NCBI GenBank assembly: GCA_036172245.1
Contig: JAYWIR010000003.1
Coordinates: forward strand, 3,968,001 to 4,032,000
DNA: 64,000 bases
Direction: 5' to 3'
Origin: Raillietiella orientalis
Taxonomy: Eukaryota
Part shown: piece by piece, positions 1 through 12,276 of the stretch
How positions within the stretch are numbered: the first letter of the stretch is position 1
Layout: each line of letters begins with the position of its first letter
The notes under the pieces: generated by a model
Seen by the model: the letters and a program-made list of their open reading frames with translations, nothing else
Told to the model about the DNA's origin: nothing
Databases searched by the model: none
Program-made: the position numbers and the translations under genes

Positions 1-559
1 GGGAAGGAGACCGATAAGCGAGCCGCCCATGCGACGCCTTGGGCGGCGGAAGCAGACAGGCGCCGCCCGCTCCGAGATGAGGCGCTCTGCAGCTGCCAAC
101 GCTGCTGCTCCTGACTCCTCTGCTTCCGCTACCGATGCTGCTCCGGATGCGGAACCACCTGGAGATGGGGTGCTACCGGGGGGCTCTCTACGCGCTTCGC
201 CGCCTGCAGGAAGGACCGTCACTGAGGAGCGCGCCGCGCCGGACCAGAGGGGCGACACGGGAAGGAGGACTAGGCAGAGTGCGGGCAGCTCCGGGCGGAA
301 CGCTACGCAGAGACTGGCATTCGCTTTCGCCGGGTCGCCAGCCGGGTGTTCAGGTAGGGAGTTTAAGGGACGAAGGAAAGGAAAAGATATCTCTGCGCCG
401 GAGTGCGGTGCCCGGAAGACTTCTCCGAAAGAGCGTTCGAGGGGGAAGGAGCGGAACGCACGGCACCGGAAGCGAAAGCAACTGCCGGCAGAGAGCCGGA
501 AGGAGGCGCTGCGGAGACGGCCGAGTTCCGCGAGGCCTCGACTGGGAATTCGGGGGTGC

Positions 560-2300
560 CCTCCGTGTACGCGAAGATACGTCTCCTTGCTTGTTGCTGG
601 CGCCTTAGATCGGTCCGACCTTCCTGGAGGATGGCAGGAGGAGACGGACCTTCGCCTTTCCCATCTTGCCCTTCCCACTGCTCCCGGCGCAAAGTATTTC
701 CGAGAGTGGTCCTTAGGCGCCAGGAGACACAGACTCCCTGACTCCTTCTTCAGGAAGAAGAGGATGGAGCGTTCCCTATTCAGGCTGCAGTCCCCGAAGA
801 ATCACCACTAATAGTTCTTCGGAGGTGGAGGAGGAAGGAAGGAGGAGAAAGGAGAAGAGGAGACTTTCCCCAGATTTCTTCAGAGCTACTTGCTCCCAGG
901 GTCTAGTACCTGGTGGCTAAGCCCGCGGAAAGGGTCCTTCGGGAAGCGTTCCCACTGCCTTCTAGTCTCGCCTGTATGCGTTCACATTACAGGAGGAAGG
1001 AGGGAGACGCGGCCGCTCCCAAAGGCGCAAGAAAAAATGTTCCCATCAGTGTCAGCCATCTTCCTTAGAGGTTCTTCCTTGAAACACACGCAGGGGCGGA
1101 CCAACAAGGAAGATGCCTGCCACCTGCTCGGCAGAGCGTCTCTGCTGTATCCGAAGCTGCTGCTGTAGCCAAGGGATGGCGGCCGCGCGTCCGAATCGCG
1201 TGGGCTTTTCCCGCCCTCTTCAAACTGGTGTACCTCAGGATGGGATCCGGAAAGGAGATGGAAGGAGGAAGAGATCTTCTTTGCATCTGCTTTGCATGCT
1301 GTGGGTCAAGGTCGAAATACAAGGGTGGGCTTCCGAACGGATCCCCATCCTCGTCGGATCCGAAGCTTCATTCGGGGCAGCCCGCCCTTGGCGCGGGGGC
1401 GGCAACCCTTGAAGGGCAGGAAGAGTTGAGCATTTGGCCCACCCTCTAGTGATTGGTCTTGTCTGGTAGGAAGGGGATGCCCCCACGCCGGCTTCCACGT
1501 GGATCCGTCCGAGACCTCCGCCGGCCTCTTCGAGGAGAAAACAAAGATGAAGTCATCCACGCCGACCCAGCATCCCCGTCACCTTATCTGAAGAAAAAAT
1601 CGCTCCTCGGAGATGAGGTGTTTCCCCACTGCTGAAAGACTACCGGCGGCTGATCAGATACGAAATTCTGGTCCAAACGGAGTGATGAAACTCGTCTCCG
1701 TCGCCAGGTGTGGTGTCCCGCCAGAAGAAAGCACCATCCATCGCAGGGGGAGCCCCTTGGGGTCCTCCTGGCGTTGCGACACACCCGGGAGAAAAACGCA
1801 GGGGTCTCGCTGCGTCCGAAGGCCCCGAGCGCCGAGATTCTCGGAGACATGAAGTCCACCCAATCCGTCCATCACCTCCACGGAGAGAAGAAGCGACTCT
1901 ACTCGTCCATCCTTGCAGCTGCTCCTTCGAAAGAATCCAGGGCGCCACACCGCCGAGGTTCGGAAGAGGAGAGACTACTCGCTGCTTCCGCGAACCGATG
2001 CCCGGGGGAAACGCAGCCCGGGAGATCCCGCCGGAGGCGCGAGTGATTTGCATCCGCCGCCGAAGCGTTCCTAGGAGGTCGGCTCCAGCGACTCCTCCGA
2101 AAGTATCTTTCTTGCCGTCGCCCAGCGTCCGCGAGTGTGTGTGTGTGGGGGGATCCGTGCTCTTGGCGGAGTGGCATTTGTGCCTTCAGGGCGGAGGGTA
2201 TCTTCCGAACGCGAAAGGAACGCTGCGCTGCGGCAACGGCGCCGTAGCTGCTGGGCATCTCTTCCAGCTGATGCACATCTCGGCTGTGCGTCCAAAGGGA
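560..2300 (+). mobile_element. decayed Jockey-like non-LTR retrotransposon ORF2 (reverse transcriptase) remnant
   Basis: Degenerate RT motifs in the expected order across frameshifts: KVFPRVVLRR (~690), VKVEIQGWASERIPI (~1310), IHAD (YADD-like, ~1555), PLGVLL (YLGV-like, ~1755), KKRLYSSIL (~1890). Confidence 0.6.
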
Positions 2301-2974
2301 TCTTCAGCGCGTCGTGGCAACCCAACGCCGACACTCGGACCGATGGGCTGGAGGGCAAGAAACGGGCTGGTCCGAAGCGTTTGCCCCCTTCCCCCCCTCC
2401 CCATTCCCTCTTTCCCGTCTCCTCGGAAACCACCACCGCTGATCTTTCGAAGGAACTGCAAACGGCGGTTCGGATCTTCTTCCTCCGGGTGCCGATGAAA
2501 CATGTGTGCAGCCGGTCGCCATGCGATCCGGGAAGATGCAAGCGCGACAGATGTTTGAGTATGGCGGCGGACCTGCAACAGCAATCTCAGCATCCAGACG
2601 TGATCTCCACACTTCCCTGCTCTTCAGCGCGGCGAAGCAAGAGGAACGATGTCATCAGGATAGAGGCCTCAGCAGGAGCGCCAATGGTGAGATATCTCTG
2701 GCTGTTCGAGGCTCCGAGAAGGACTTGAAGTCCCTAGCACGTAGGCAGAGCATCTCGAAGAAGAGGATGCTACGGTGCGCCTCTATCCAGATTATGCTAG
2801 GGGCATTTGCTGCTGCTCTTATTCCAGTTTTTTTATTCTTTTTTTTTGAGGGAGGGGGGGTGGGGAGAAGCTGAAGAACCCTTCACCTCCTTAGGGGAAG
2901 GAAGGAGGTCACGAAACTCTTTGACACTGTCCACGCCATCCGAGGATGCGTGTGACTCTTCAAGTCAAAGGGAT

Positions 2975-4445
2975 TAACACCGGAGGGACCACCCTATGAA
3001 TCCAAAAAGGCTCCAGAGGAAGGAGTCCGTTCCTCTTACGCTTGAGAGGGAACCCCTAAGGGAACCTCTCCCTTGTTCTCTCCAGAGGGATCCCCCGAAG
3101 GGGAAGCCGCTCCTCGTTTCTTCTTCGAAGGGAATCCGGAAAGAATCCTCTCCTGGAATTTCTTCTCCGGAGGGACTCCCCGCAAGGAAACCACCCCTTG
3201 TCTTGTCTGAGCTCCTCTGAAGGGAATCCCGAAGGGACGCTTTCAAATTTCTCTGGAGGGCTCGTTCCTCGAAGGGAGCAGCGTGCTCCTTACACTCGAG
3301 AGGGACAACTCCCCGAGGGGGCATCGACCATCTCCATTTGCACAACCGGAAGGCAACTCCGAAGGACCTCCTGGGTTCCTGGAAGGACCCCGGAGGGTCA
3401 ACTTCCAATCCCGGCCAGTCAACGGAGGCAGCCGGGGGTTTCCGGCTTCCACTAATGCCTTCTTCCTCCCTTCCTTCTCCTCTCTCGGAGGAAGAAGACC
3501 TGCAGTGACCCTCGGTGCTCATGAACACCCGCACTCTCCCCTTAAAGTGGTAGGAGGCGGTACTGATGCTGTTGCATTGGGGCCTCCCATGCAACGCCCT
3601 CCGGCATCTGTGGACAAGGGGGAAGGAGGTGGACATAAACTGTGCAAGGTGTGGGGAGCGCGAATCCCTTCCGCACCTCTTAGTGGATTGTGTTGCCCTC
3701 CGATCCCTTTGAGGACTCTTCGCCGCGACCCTTGGAACCCCCTGGTGACAGTTTCAGAGACGTTTGAAAACACCTCTTGCCGCACGACAACCTCGCGCCG
3801 GCCGCATCGCTGTCAGCACTGTGCTGCCCACGCGGCGGGACCGTGGCTGCATGGAACAACATCAGAGGAGGACAGAACGACAAGGACGCCATCTATTTTG
3901 CTGTCCTTTTCATGAGGATGGCGTATCAAGATGGCCCCGTCTGGGAACCATGAAACAGGAACTTGACGGTATCCTTACGAGGATGCAGAGGACACCCTCC
4001 AGCACACAGCGATCCCTTCCCGAATCCCCCCCCCCCCCATTTTTTGATTGTATGTCTTTTGTTTTATTTTTTTGCTTTTGTTTGTCTCCCCTTCCCCCGT
4101 TCTGCCGAGGCGAACCTCGCTGGCCTACCTGCCAGTTCCCGGCAGGTTCCTTCTCGTTTTTATAGGTAACGTGGCAGGATCAAACGTCCTGCCACAGACA
4201 TGGATGTTCATTTTTATAAATAAGCGTTCCATCGTGACCAGGAGTCAACCAGTCCCAGGGGCATCCGGTTTCTGGTTTCCACTGTGCTGCACCCGAAGCC
4301 CGTGGGCCAACTAGCGTCGTCGTCCTGCGGAGTTAACTACTGGAAACCCACGCCCATTTCCCAGAGCCGCCCTTCCCTGGGCGGTATTCGAACCCGCGGT
4401 GCCTGGTGCCACGCGCGGAGACACGTAGCCACGTGGCACCCAGGG
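2975..4445 (-). mobile_element. tRNA-headed SINE-like repeat (family A), copy 1, interrupted by an L1-like insertion at 3454-4259
   Basis: Head on the minus strand at 4445-4260 (GGTGCCACGTGGCTA ... GGGTTCGAATACC, A/B-box-like). Body 3453-2975 matches 46400-46835 and 51380-51790, e.g. GGATTCATAGGGTGGTCCCT and CCGGGGTCCTTCCAGGAACC. Confidence 0.7.
3454..4259 (+). mobile_element. 5'-truncated L1/Tx1-like LINE 3' end (zf-RVT-like CCHC region plus 3' UTR), copy 1
   Basis: Frame with stops reads LPLKW*EAVLMLLHWGLPCNALRHLW...CARCGERESLPHLLVDC, a CxxC-E-H-C knuckle typical of L1-clade ORF2 C-termini. T-rich 3' UTR; homologous to 53430-54170 and 55760-56450. Confidence 0.75.
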
Positions 4446-5759
4446 CTGATGTTTCCTCCCCCGGGTCACCTGCCAAGACAAGCAACTTTCATGAGAGCGT
4501 GCGCGGGATGGTGGTAGAAACAGCGAAGGATCCCTGCGGCATTCGCTGGATGCGGTAAAAATAAAAAAAAAAAAATGGGTGAAAGTTTCGAGGGGTGCAT
4601 TTTTTTTCTCTTCTCCATGAGGACGGCGAGTCCGCAGCTGCTCATCTCTGTGAGGGAGAGCGTGCCCTGCCCGCCGTTTCTTGTTTCCAGGAGGAATGGC
4701 ATAGACCACGCCCTTCAGACCTTGTCGGGAACAGCAGAAGCTTGAGCGGATTGGTCCCTCGGGGTCCGTGCAGTGCACCTGAGGTCAGGTCAGGGGGAGG
4801 TGATGGCTTGTAGCAGATGGCATCGGCGCAGCGTCCGGGCAGGCGGCCTTCTCGAAAGGAGAGCGCCTTCGTAACGCAGTTTGGAGCGCTTTCCTCCTGG
4901 TGTGGAGCATTGCGGGCGGGCCGCCACCCTCCCTTCCCCACCCCCGGTCCGGGAAAAATGAGGCTGAGTATCGAATTGCTTGCAGCCAGGGGGATTCGTT
5001 CTGCGACCCTCGGAATGAACGGGAAAAGGGAGGGAGAATGGACGGCATCGTCGGGCGTTGAGACCTTTATCGGCAAAGCGGGGGCCATGGATATGTGCGA
5101 GGCACCGTTCCGACTTTTTCAATCGCCCACCCATCTTCTGGCGAAAACAGGTAGGGGCGCCAAAGCTCCGAGCAGGCTTGCCGAGTGCTTGTCGAAATAG
5201 CGTTCGCAGACTGGGAACGCTGCCTGCTAAGGTGATCTGCTGTGACAGCATCTTCGACGGGGAGCTCACATGCATCTGAACCGTGCCTCTGCGGAGGGCG
5301 GTGCGGGCGTCCGTCGGCCAAAGGCGTTCGACCTTGTTCTCTCTGTGAACTTCCCGCGCGCCAGCAGGAACCGCACCCTCCTCGAAGAGAGCAAGGCAGG
5401 CATCTTCGGGGTCACTGCCGGAGGCGGCGGCGGAGGGCGACGGACTGCTTCGGGAGCCCGAGCATCCAAGAACGAGCAGCAGAGAGCCATCTAGGAGCGC
5501 GGGAAAAACGGCGCAGGGTGCAGGCTGGAGACTGCGGCTCGAAGCCGGGAAGAAGACGGTCATCGGAAGCGCAAGCAGGGGACATGGGATGCTATGGGGT
5601 CAAAGAAGGGATAAAGCCCGCTCCCCGGAAAGGCGGAGGTGACTCGTGCAGGTGGCAGCGCGCGCGGAAGCGCAGCGGAGGCGAATCGGTCTCGTCTGGT
5701 ATTTTGCAGCGTGCGCCTCTAAGATGGAGCTCGCACAAATTCAGCGCGCGCGGGCAGGA

Positions 5760-5990
5760 ATACAGGGAGGGACTGTCCGAGCTACCGGAGGAGGAGAAAG
5801 AGGAGGTAGGGAAGAGGACGAGGCGGGGGGAAGAGGAAGTGGATGGAGGAGGAAGAGAGGAGGGAGGAAGGGGAAAGGAAGAGGAAGAGGAAGGGAGGAG
5901 GAAGGGAGAATAAAGATGACGAAGGGAAGAGGAGGAAGGGGAAAAAGAGGAGGGAGGGGATGTGATGATGATGACGAAGAGGAGGGGGTC
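5760..5990. repeat. purine-rich (GGA/GAA) low-complexity tract
   Basis: Nearly pure G/A run. Similar tracts occur at 8760-8835, 14500-14590 and (pyrimidine strand) 25350-25450. Confidence 0.85.
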
Positions 5991-8949
5991 GAAAGCTGTG
6001 CGTCTGCCTACCCAGCAAAGGGAGTTTTCCGGGAGAGCAGCTGCTTGCCGTAGGGCAGGCAGCAGCCGCGCGGCGAAGAGGCTGCGCCCTCGCTCTGGAT
6101 GGCTCTGCTGCAAGTGGACAGAAGGGGAGGGTAATCATCATGACGTTCAGGATCGCTCGTATTCACGAGCCGCCGCGACGCTGCGAGCCGCTTCTGTTTA
6201 ATCGGAAGCGTCTCCGGCTGTCGGCATTCGTCCACTGCGCACGCTCGAGCGAGCGAGCCGAGAGAGAGGATGGCAGCGCGCAGCACTGCTCTGAGCGGCG
6301 CAGGCGTGGCGAGGAGAGGAATTCAGAGTTTGCACTGGCGGATCTGTGCAAACATCCGTGCGAAACACGGGGAGCGGCGTATCCTGTGGGTCGCGGCCAC
6401 CGCGCCACATGCGATTCGGCACGGCGCGCGCATGCGAACTGCTCCCGCGGCCAGCCGCGCCGCGCGCTGAAGAGCGTCGGGGCAAGTGCGCCAGGAGCCA
6501 TAAAAACTAACGACCGAAAGCCCGGGGCTTCGGATTCGGACTTAATTGCCCGAGATGATGGGAGATGGTTGGAAATTGGGACCCGCGCCTCCTCCGTGTT
6601 TGTCTTCGCATCCCGAGTTATTTATAGGATTCCGGCGAGGCAGCAGGATTTCCTGCTAATTCCTCCGGCGACGCGGGCGGGGGAGACGTGCGGATGGAGG
6701 TAGCCAGTGGACCAGCAGCCAGTGGGAAGCGGCGCCTTCTGCGTTCGTCTTCCTCCCCCTCCTTCCTCCTCCTCTTCCTTTGCGTGCTCCGTGCACCTCT
6801 GGGGCTTGCAGAACGCTCTCACACCCCATGCAGCAGCGACCCACGAAGCGGCAGCAGAAGACGGGGCAGGACTGCAGTCGGGTCCGAGCTGCCAGGGGCG
6901 TGGCGTGGACCGGGCAGTTCCAGAAGAGCTCACCGCTGTCGCGGGCGACAAGGACGTTCCGACTCCCGGCCGAGAGAGGCCACGCAAGAAGACTTGGGTG
7001 GTTTACGGTCCCAGTTGCCGGCGCACTGATTTCCCACATTCTTCCCCCCCTCCCTCGGACTTTCGTTTCTCATGGAAATTCCCTCCCCCCTCTCTTTTTT
7101 TTTTTTTTTATTGCCCTCCTCTCCGGTTGGCCTTCCATTTTTGGTTTCCAGGCAAAACCGTCTTCTGGAAGTCCTTCCTGCGAGCGTTCCGAAGAAGGTA
7201 GACAGGCGATGGCAGGTAGAGCGGGAACTTCCTCAGCGTTGCCTGCGCGTGAGGAGGCACTGTGGGTGCCGGGACGGGAAGAAGGGGATGGGCGTTCGCG
7301 TCTCCCGCGCAACACGGGAGCGTGCCAGGCGCGGCAAGATGGGAGCGGAGGTTCCGCTGCCGGCGGAACCTCCGCTCCTTCCCGAGACGCAGACGGATTT
7401 CTCCTTTCAGGAAGCGAGTCCTGGAGGCGGCAGAGCAGTAGGGAGAATGAGGGAGGGGGGAGGAACGGGGTCACGGAAGACTCGCGCGAGCGTGGATTCA
7501 CAACTCCGAGAGCGGCCGCGGATTGATATCCCGAGCACGCGGAAGCACGAAGGTAACCGATGGTGGCCCAGGTAGGGAGCTGGTCGTACGAGCTGCGCAT
7601 GCGCAGTCGCATCGGAGACGGAAGGAGGAGATGAAGGCGTTCCGGATGCCGCCCACTCGCGCTCCCGCGAGGGGCAGGCGAGCGGGCGGTGCGCCAGCGC
7701 AGAGGCCTTCTCCGTGGTCGGAGCCAACCCTTGGCTCCCAAGGGCGAGGGAAAAGCGCCCCCCTTCCCTCGAAAGAGGGAGAGCCTGGTCGACGGAACGC
7801 GCACTCCGTGCCCTCCCTTCTTTCTCCCCCCTTACCCGTCCCCCCTCCTGAGGGAGAGGAGGGGGCGCAGACGCGCACGCGCGGCGCTCAGAGGATGCAG
7901 TGTCCTGCCCTGTCCCCGTTCCCCGCCATGCGTGACCGTCGACGAGAGGCAACATTCTGTCAGGTGTTTGTCAACAAAGGCGGCGGTGGATGCTGCGATC
8001 CCGGCTCCGGCGGTCGTAAACGGGAAACTGCGCTCTCCGACACGGATTATCGCTGCTTATCACTGCAGCGCTGATCGCGCGGGGGAGGCTGGCGCGGGAG
8101 AAAGACGGGAACTTCAAACGGGCCGCTCGGCGGACCGGGCGGAGGAGCCTAATTGCCGCTGATGCGCCAATAAAGCAGGTGAGCGCGGCGGAGTCCTCGG
8201 GACGAGCGGAGATCGCGTTTTCCCAAGACGGGATGGACCAGATTATTGACGGCTGTTAATTTTTCCTGCTACTGGGCATTCCGACGACGACGTGTCGAAT
8301 CGGCCGACGTCGTAAACCCGGATGAAAGAGCACGGGTCCATCCACCGGGCCACGCCGTTCCCCTTCCACAAAGACACCGGTGGACCTGAAGACCCTTCCC
8401 AAAGAAGGTCTCCCCTCTCTCCATTATTTCTTCTTTCTTTCTTCTTCTTTTTTTTTTTCTTCTTCTCTCCCTCCTCCCTGTCCCCCGAGAATGCCGTCGG
8501 CGCGGCGCCCCCTCGCCGCCAGAGTCCCCCCTGGCCTCGCTACGAAGGGCAGGAGGAGGCCTCCTCCTCATTCGTGCGAAGGAGGCGCCGCCACCCAACA
8601 CATCCACACCTCTCTCTCTCCGGTCTCTGAGGCAGGCGCTCGACCTCCCTCCCGCGGTCCCTGAACTTTCCTCGACTGGTTTCCGCATATCCTGAGCCGC
8701 CATCATCAGAATGGTCGGTGGCTGAGGTGGTGTTCGTCCTCCCACCGACCGATCGGGCGGACGGAAGGGTGGAAGAGGAGGAGGAAAAGAAAGGGAGGAG
8801 GAGGAAGGGGAAAGGAGAAGAAAGGAGGAAGAGGGGGTCGGAAGTCGTGCCTCCGCCTCCGCAGTAGAGGGATCTTTTTGGCTGGAGCGTCTACTTCCCG
8901 TCGGGCAAGGGGAACAGCTGCGCAGCGAGGAGGCTGCCTCTCTCTTGGG

Positions 8950-9130
8950 ATGGCTCCGCTGCAGCCGCACTGGAGGTGAGGGCTACGTAACACGAGACCC
9001 CACTCTGGCTAGAGATCCACCTCGAGTGATCCATTAAGGAGATGATCTCCAGACGGTGCCTGGGAGGAGGAAGAGGAGGAAAATTTTTGCCCGTCTTCGG
9101 CAGCGCTGACGCCTCTCGAAATTATCGGAG
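8950..9130 (+). mobile_element. possible Jockey-like LINE ORF2 C-terminal remnant
   Basis: LRN...LEIHLE*SIKEMISRR...KFL resembles the VRN..LH.DL...IKE.I tail of Jockey-group ORF2. Weak. Confidence 0.3.
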
Positions 9131-10729
9131 ATGGAGAGCAGGCGTTGTGGGATGGAGGCTGCGATTTTTCAGCACTCGTAACAAAGTAACGGGGGGGAAA
9201 GGGGGGGGGGAGGATGGCGAGGCTCTCGTCTCCCGAGAGACGCGCCGCTTTGAAGCATCGCAGGGGCAGGCACGCTGCTCAGCTCGTGACCTCTGCCTGC
9301 GCCCCCAGCTAGGATCCGGCGAAGGCGATGCGAGGAGCATCTCCGCATCTCATCTGCCGGGAGGAAACTGCCAAGGGGAAGGAGGGAGGGACAATCCTGA
9401 AGTCCCGGCCGACCATCCCCACGAAGACCGTAGTCGGAAGACACGTGTGAGAGAGGAAGCGGCGACGGGTCCAGGAGGAAGGGAGCTTCTGCACCCTCGG
9501 GAGGCAGGCGCGCGGCAGATCGTAGCAGTGCGAGCGCGCGCCGCGCTCTTCCGTAGCCCTGGGGTGAGCGGTGCCTCTAGGACGAGCGCGTGTCGACGCG
9601 CGGCTCTTCCGCAGCATCCAGGCAACTTTCTTACCTTCTTCCCCTCCCCCTCCCCTCTCCCGAGAGAATGTCGGTCCTCGCTTCGCCCTGGAGACTCGTG
9701 GAGGGCGGTAAAAGGAAAGGAAGGGGGGAGGGTTGTTGTTCCCCCCCTCGTGCTTTTACTGGGACCGGAGGCGCTGCTCGCTCCTTTCGATGCCAGGAGT
9801 AGCGGCGGACGGATGCAGAGGTACTCCGGAAGTCTCTCCCTGCGTGTCACCCCTCTCCCCACCCCCCAAACAGGAACTTTCGCCCGAGGTCACGCTGGGA
9901 GGGAGACCCAGTATCCCGCGAGGCTTGCTCCCAGCAGTTCTCCCCGCTCTTGAGGAGGAAGAAGTTTCCGGAGCGCGCTCCCGGGAGGAGTCCTGGATTC
10001 GCGGGTGGGGGTGGGTGAGGGGGGTAATGAACACCCGCTCTGCTCCCCTCCACAGTCTTTAGGAGTCGCTTCTTCCCATGCTCTCGAAGCCGCGCCGCGG
10101 AGGCGCCGCGCTCGAATCTTCCCGGTCGCTTCGCCCCCGCGCACCCTCTTCCCTTTCCCTCTTCGCCTCTCCTTAATTAGCCCGGTTTCCCCACAATCGC
10201 TCCGGAGGGCGGCGCCACTTCGATAAGCGCGCGCCGTCCTGGCAGCAGGAAACGTGAGCGCCGCCCACTCCAGCGGCGTCCACGTTGCCTCTTCTTATCG
10301 CCACCTCTGGCCGCTGCGCGGACGCGCGAGGAAGAGGGCAAGAGGCGCCATCTCGCATCCGGGACTGGCGGCGGTTCCGCCGACGCGGGGAGGAAGGTCT
10401 GAAGTTTTCCGGAGAGTGGGGGGAGGAGTGCAGTGCCCGTCCGCCCGCGAAAGCCTCCCTTCCCGGAGGAGGTCTGGGAGAGCGGCGAGGCGAGAAGGCC
10501 GTCTTCCTTCGCCTCCGCGGGCACTGCTGACAGCTCCTCGTCGGTCATCGTTCTCCTCATCGTTCGTCACCACGACGCCTCTCGCCCACCCCATTCATCC
10601 CTTATTTCTTTATGGGTCTCTTCGCCCACCCTGCGCCACTCCCCAATTCTTCTCCCGGAGAGGGTGGCCCCTTTCGTTTTGGGACGGCGCAGGTCAACCC
10701 TTTTGTGGCCGCATGGAACTTTGCCTTCA

Positions 10730-11200
10730 ATAAATGACCAGGCAGTGAGGGATATCAAGGTCAAGGCGCCTTCCGGATGTCGCAGCGGCTGGGTCGCTCT
10801 GTCTTCCCGGATTTCGATGCCGTATGGATCAGGTCCTCGCTCCGCTGTCCAGCCACCCGACTCGCATCTTGAGGCACTTCTTATCTCACGTACGGCCCAT
10901 CTTCTCACGGACAGACACATCCCCCGCGGATGTGGGTAGGCATCTTCCTGAAACTGTCTGAGGCACGGCAGCAAATCGGGAAGGGTTGCTGCTACCGGAA
11001 GGAGATGCGTTGCAGCTGGAATCGGCGCCAACGCTCCTCCGACATGCATCTGCATCTTGGCATTTCGGCGCCAACCCCCTGCGAGACGCTGCTGCATTTA
11101 GGCTCCAACTCTCCGCCGAGATGTATCTGCGTTTCGGCGCCAGCACCCCTCTGACCCGCGTTCTCAGGGAGATAGCGCGGAACGGAAAGATGGGTGACCG
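10730..11200 (+). mobile_element. possible LINE RT N-terminal remnant
   Basis: QAVRDIKVKAPSG resembles AI..LK..KAPG.DG, followed by a G.FP..W-like stretch. Highly decayed. Confidence 0.3.
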
Positions 11201-11669
11201 CCATTCCTGCCTCGTGGAACCTCCGCCTTGTTTGCGCGGGTCCCCGGGAACCATCAAGCAGCTCCCTGGCCGGGCACCCGCGGTGAAGGAGGCCTTTTCC
11301 GTGCGTCGGCGGCGTCTTTCGCCTCTTCCTCGCGGCGCCCCCCGCCGGGGAGGATCTGGAGGGCCGGCTGCTCCCATGGGAGCGCCCGACCGAGTGTTCC
11401 TGGCGCCGCGTCGACTTCTCTGCCCGCATTCCTGCTGTCCTTTCTGCAAGAGCGCGCCGCTCGGACGCGGACGGGGAGGACCCCTTCTCGCCCGGAGCAA
11501 AACGTGAGCCATCCGGTCGCCACAAACGCCTTCCCCCCCTCCCCTTTCCTCTCTCCCAGTGCACCCGACGCTCGGCGCCGCGTCGGGCGCTCAGGAGTCA
11601 AAAATAGCTGCACCCTCCCCTTCCACTCCCGGCGCCAGAATCTCCATCTTCAACCTCTCCTCCTTCGCG

Positions 11670-12040
11670 AGCCGTAATGGCTCGATGATAATTCCCAATG
11701 GCTCCAATGAAGTGCCATTAAGGCGCTTCCAATTACCAGAAATATTTCTCTTGAAGTAACGGGATGTCGCTAAGTGCCTTGTTGGGAACGCACGTTGCCA
11801 CCGCAACCGTATACTCTCGATTATGTTGCGCGTAGCGTGGAAGCCGGGGAGGTAATTGCGCCCATTTGTCCCGGAAAACCAGCCTTCCCGTGTTCTGCCC
11901 GTCGCCGAACAGGCTGCCGGCAGTTTGGGCGGGAGCCAATAGGACGCCGTGCCGCCGCCCGCGCCCCGCCCTCGTCTCGCGGAGATCGATCCCGGCGCTC
12001 ACCTTCTTTGATTCGGCGCTTTCTCCGTGGTACAGCCGCA
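11670..12040 (+). promoter_or_regulatory. putative eve proximal promoter
   Basis: GC boxes (11927-11932, 11963-11971), CCAAT (11936-11940), TCF-type CTTTGAT (12006-12012) and five TAAT/ATTA cores at 11675-11860, directly upstream of the ATG. Motif matches only. Confidence 0.55.
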
Positions 12041-12131
12041 GTGCGCTTCCGCCGTGGCAGCCGCGCCCCGACCAGCCCCGCCGCCGTGCACGCGACGCAT
12101 CCCATCCCGCGCCCCTACGCTCCGAAAAGGA

Positions 12132-12276
12132 ATGCAGGAGAACTTCGCCCTGCTGCCGTTCCCGGCGGCGGAGCAGGAGAAGGGCCTGGACTTCGAGTTC
12201 TCGCCCCCGGCCGAGCAGAAGAAGTATCCCGGCTTTAAGATGAAGGACGACTTCGACACCTCCCTCAAGCACAAAG
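12132..12276 (+). CDS. eve: eve coding exon 1
   Basis: ATG at 12132, GC3-rich codons, strong donor AAG|GTAAGC at 12277. Its 145 nt (phase 1) join exon 2 in frame. Confidence 0.85.

Noticed and set aside
2975..3453. Twin-priming 5' inversion of the L1-like element
   Set aside because: The inverted segment is the body of a separate SINE whose head lies on the other side of the LINE.
4375..4445. Functional tRNA genes at B-box-like motifs (also 46270, 51268, 55373)
   Set aside because: No complete cloverleaf. The first three are heads of a longer repeat, i.e. SINE-derived; the last is an isolated motif.
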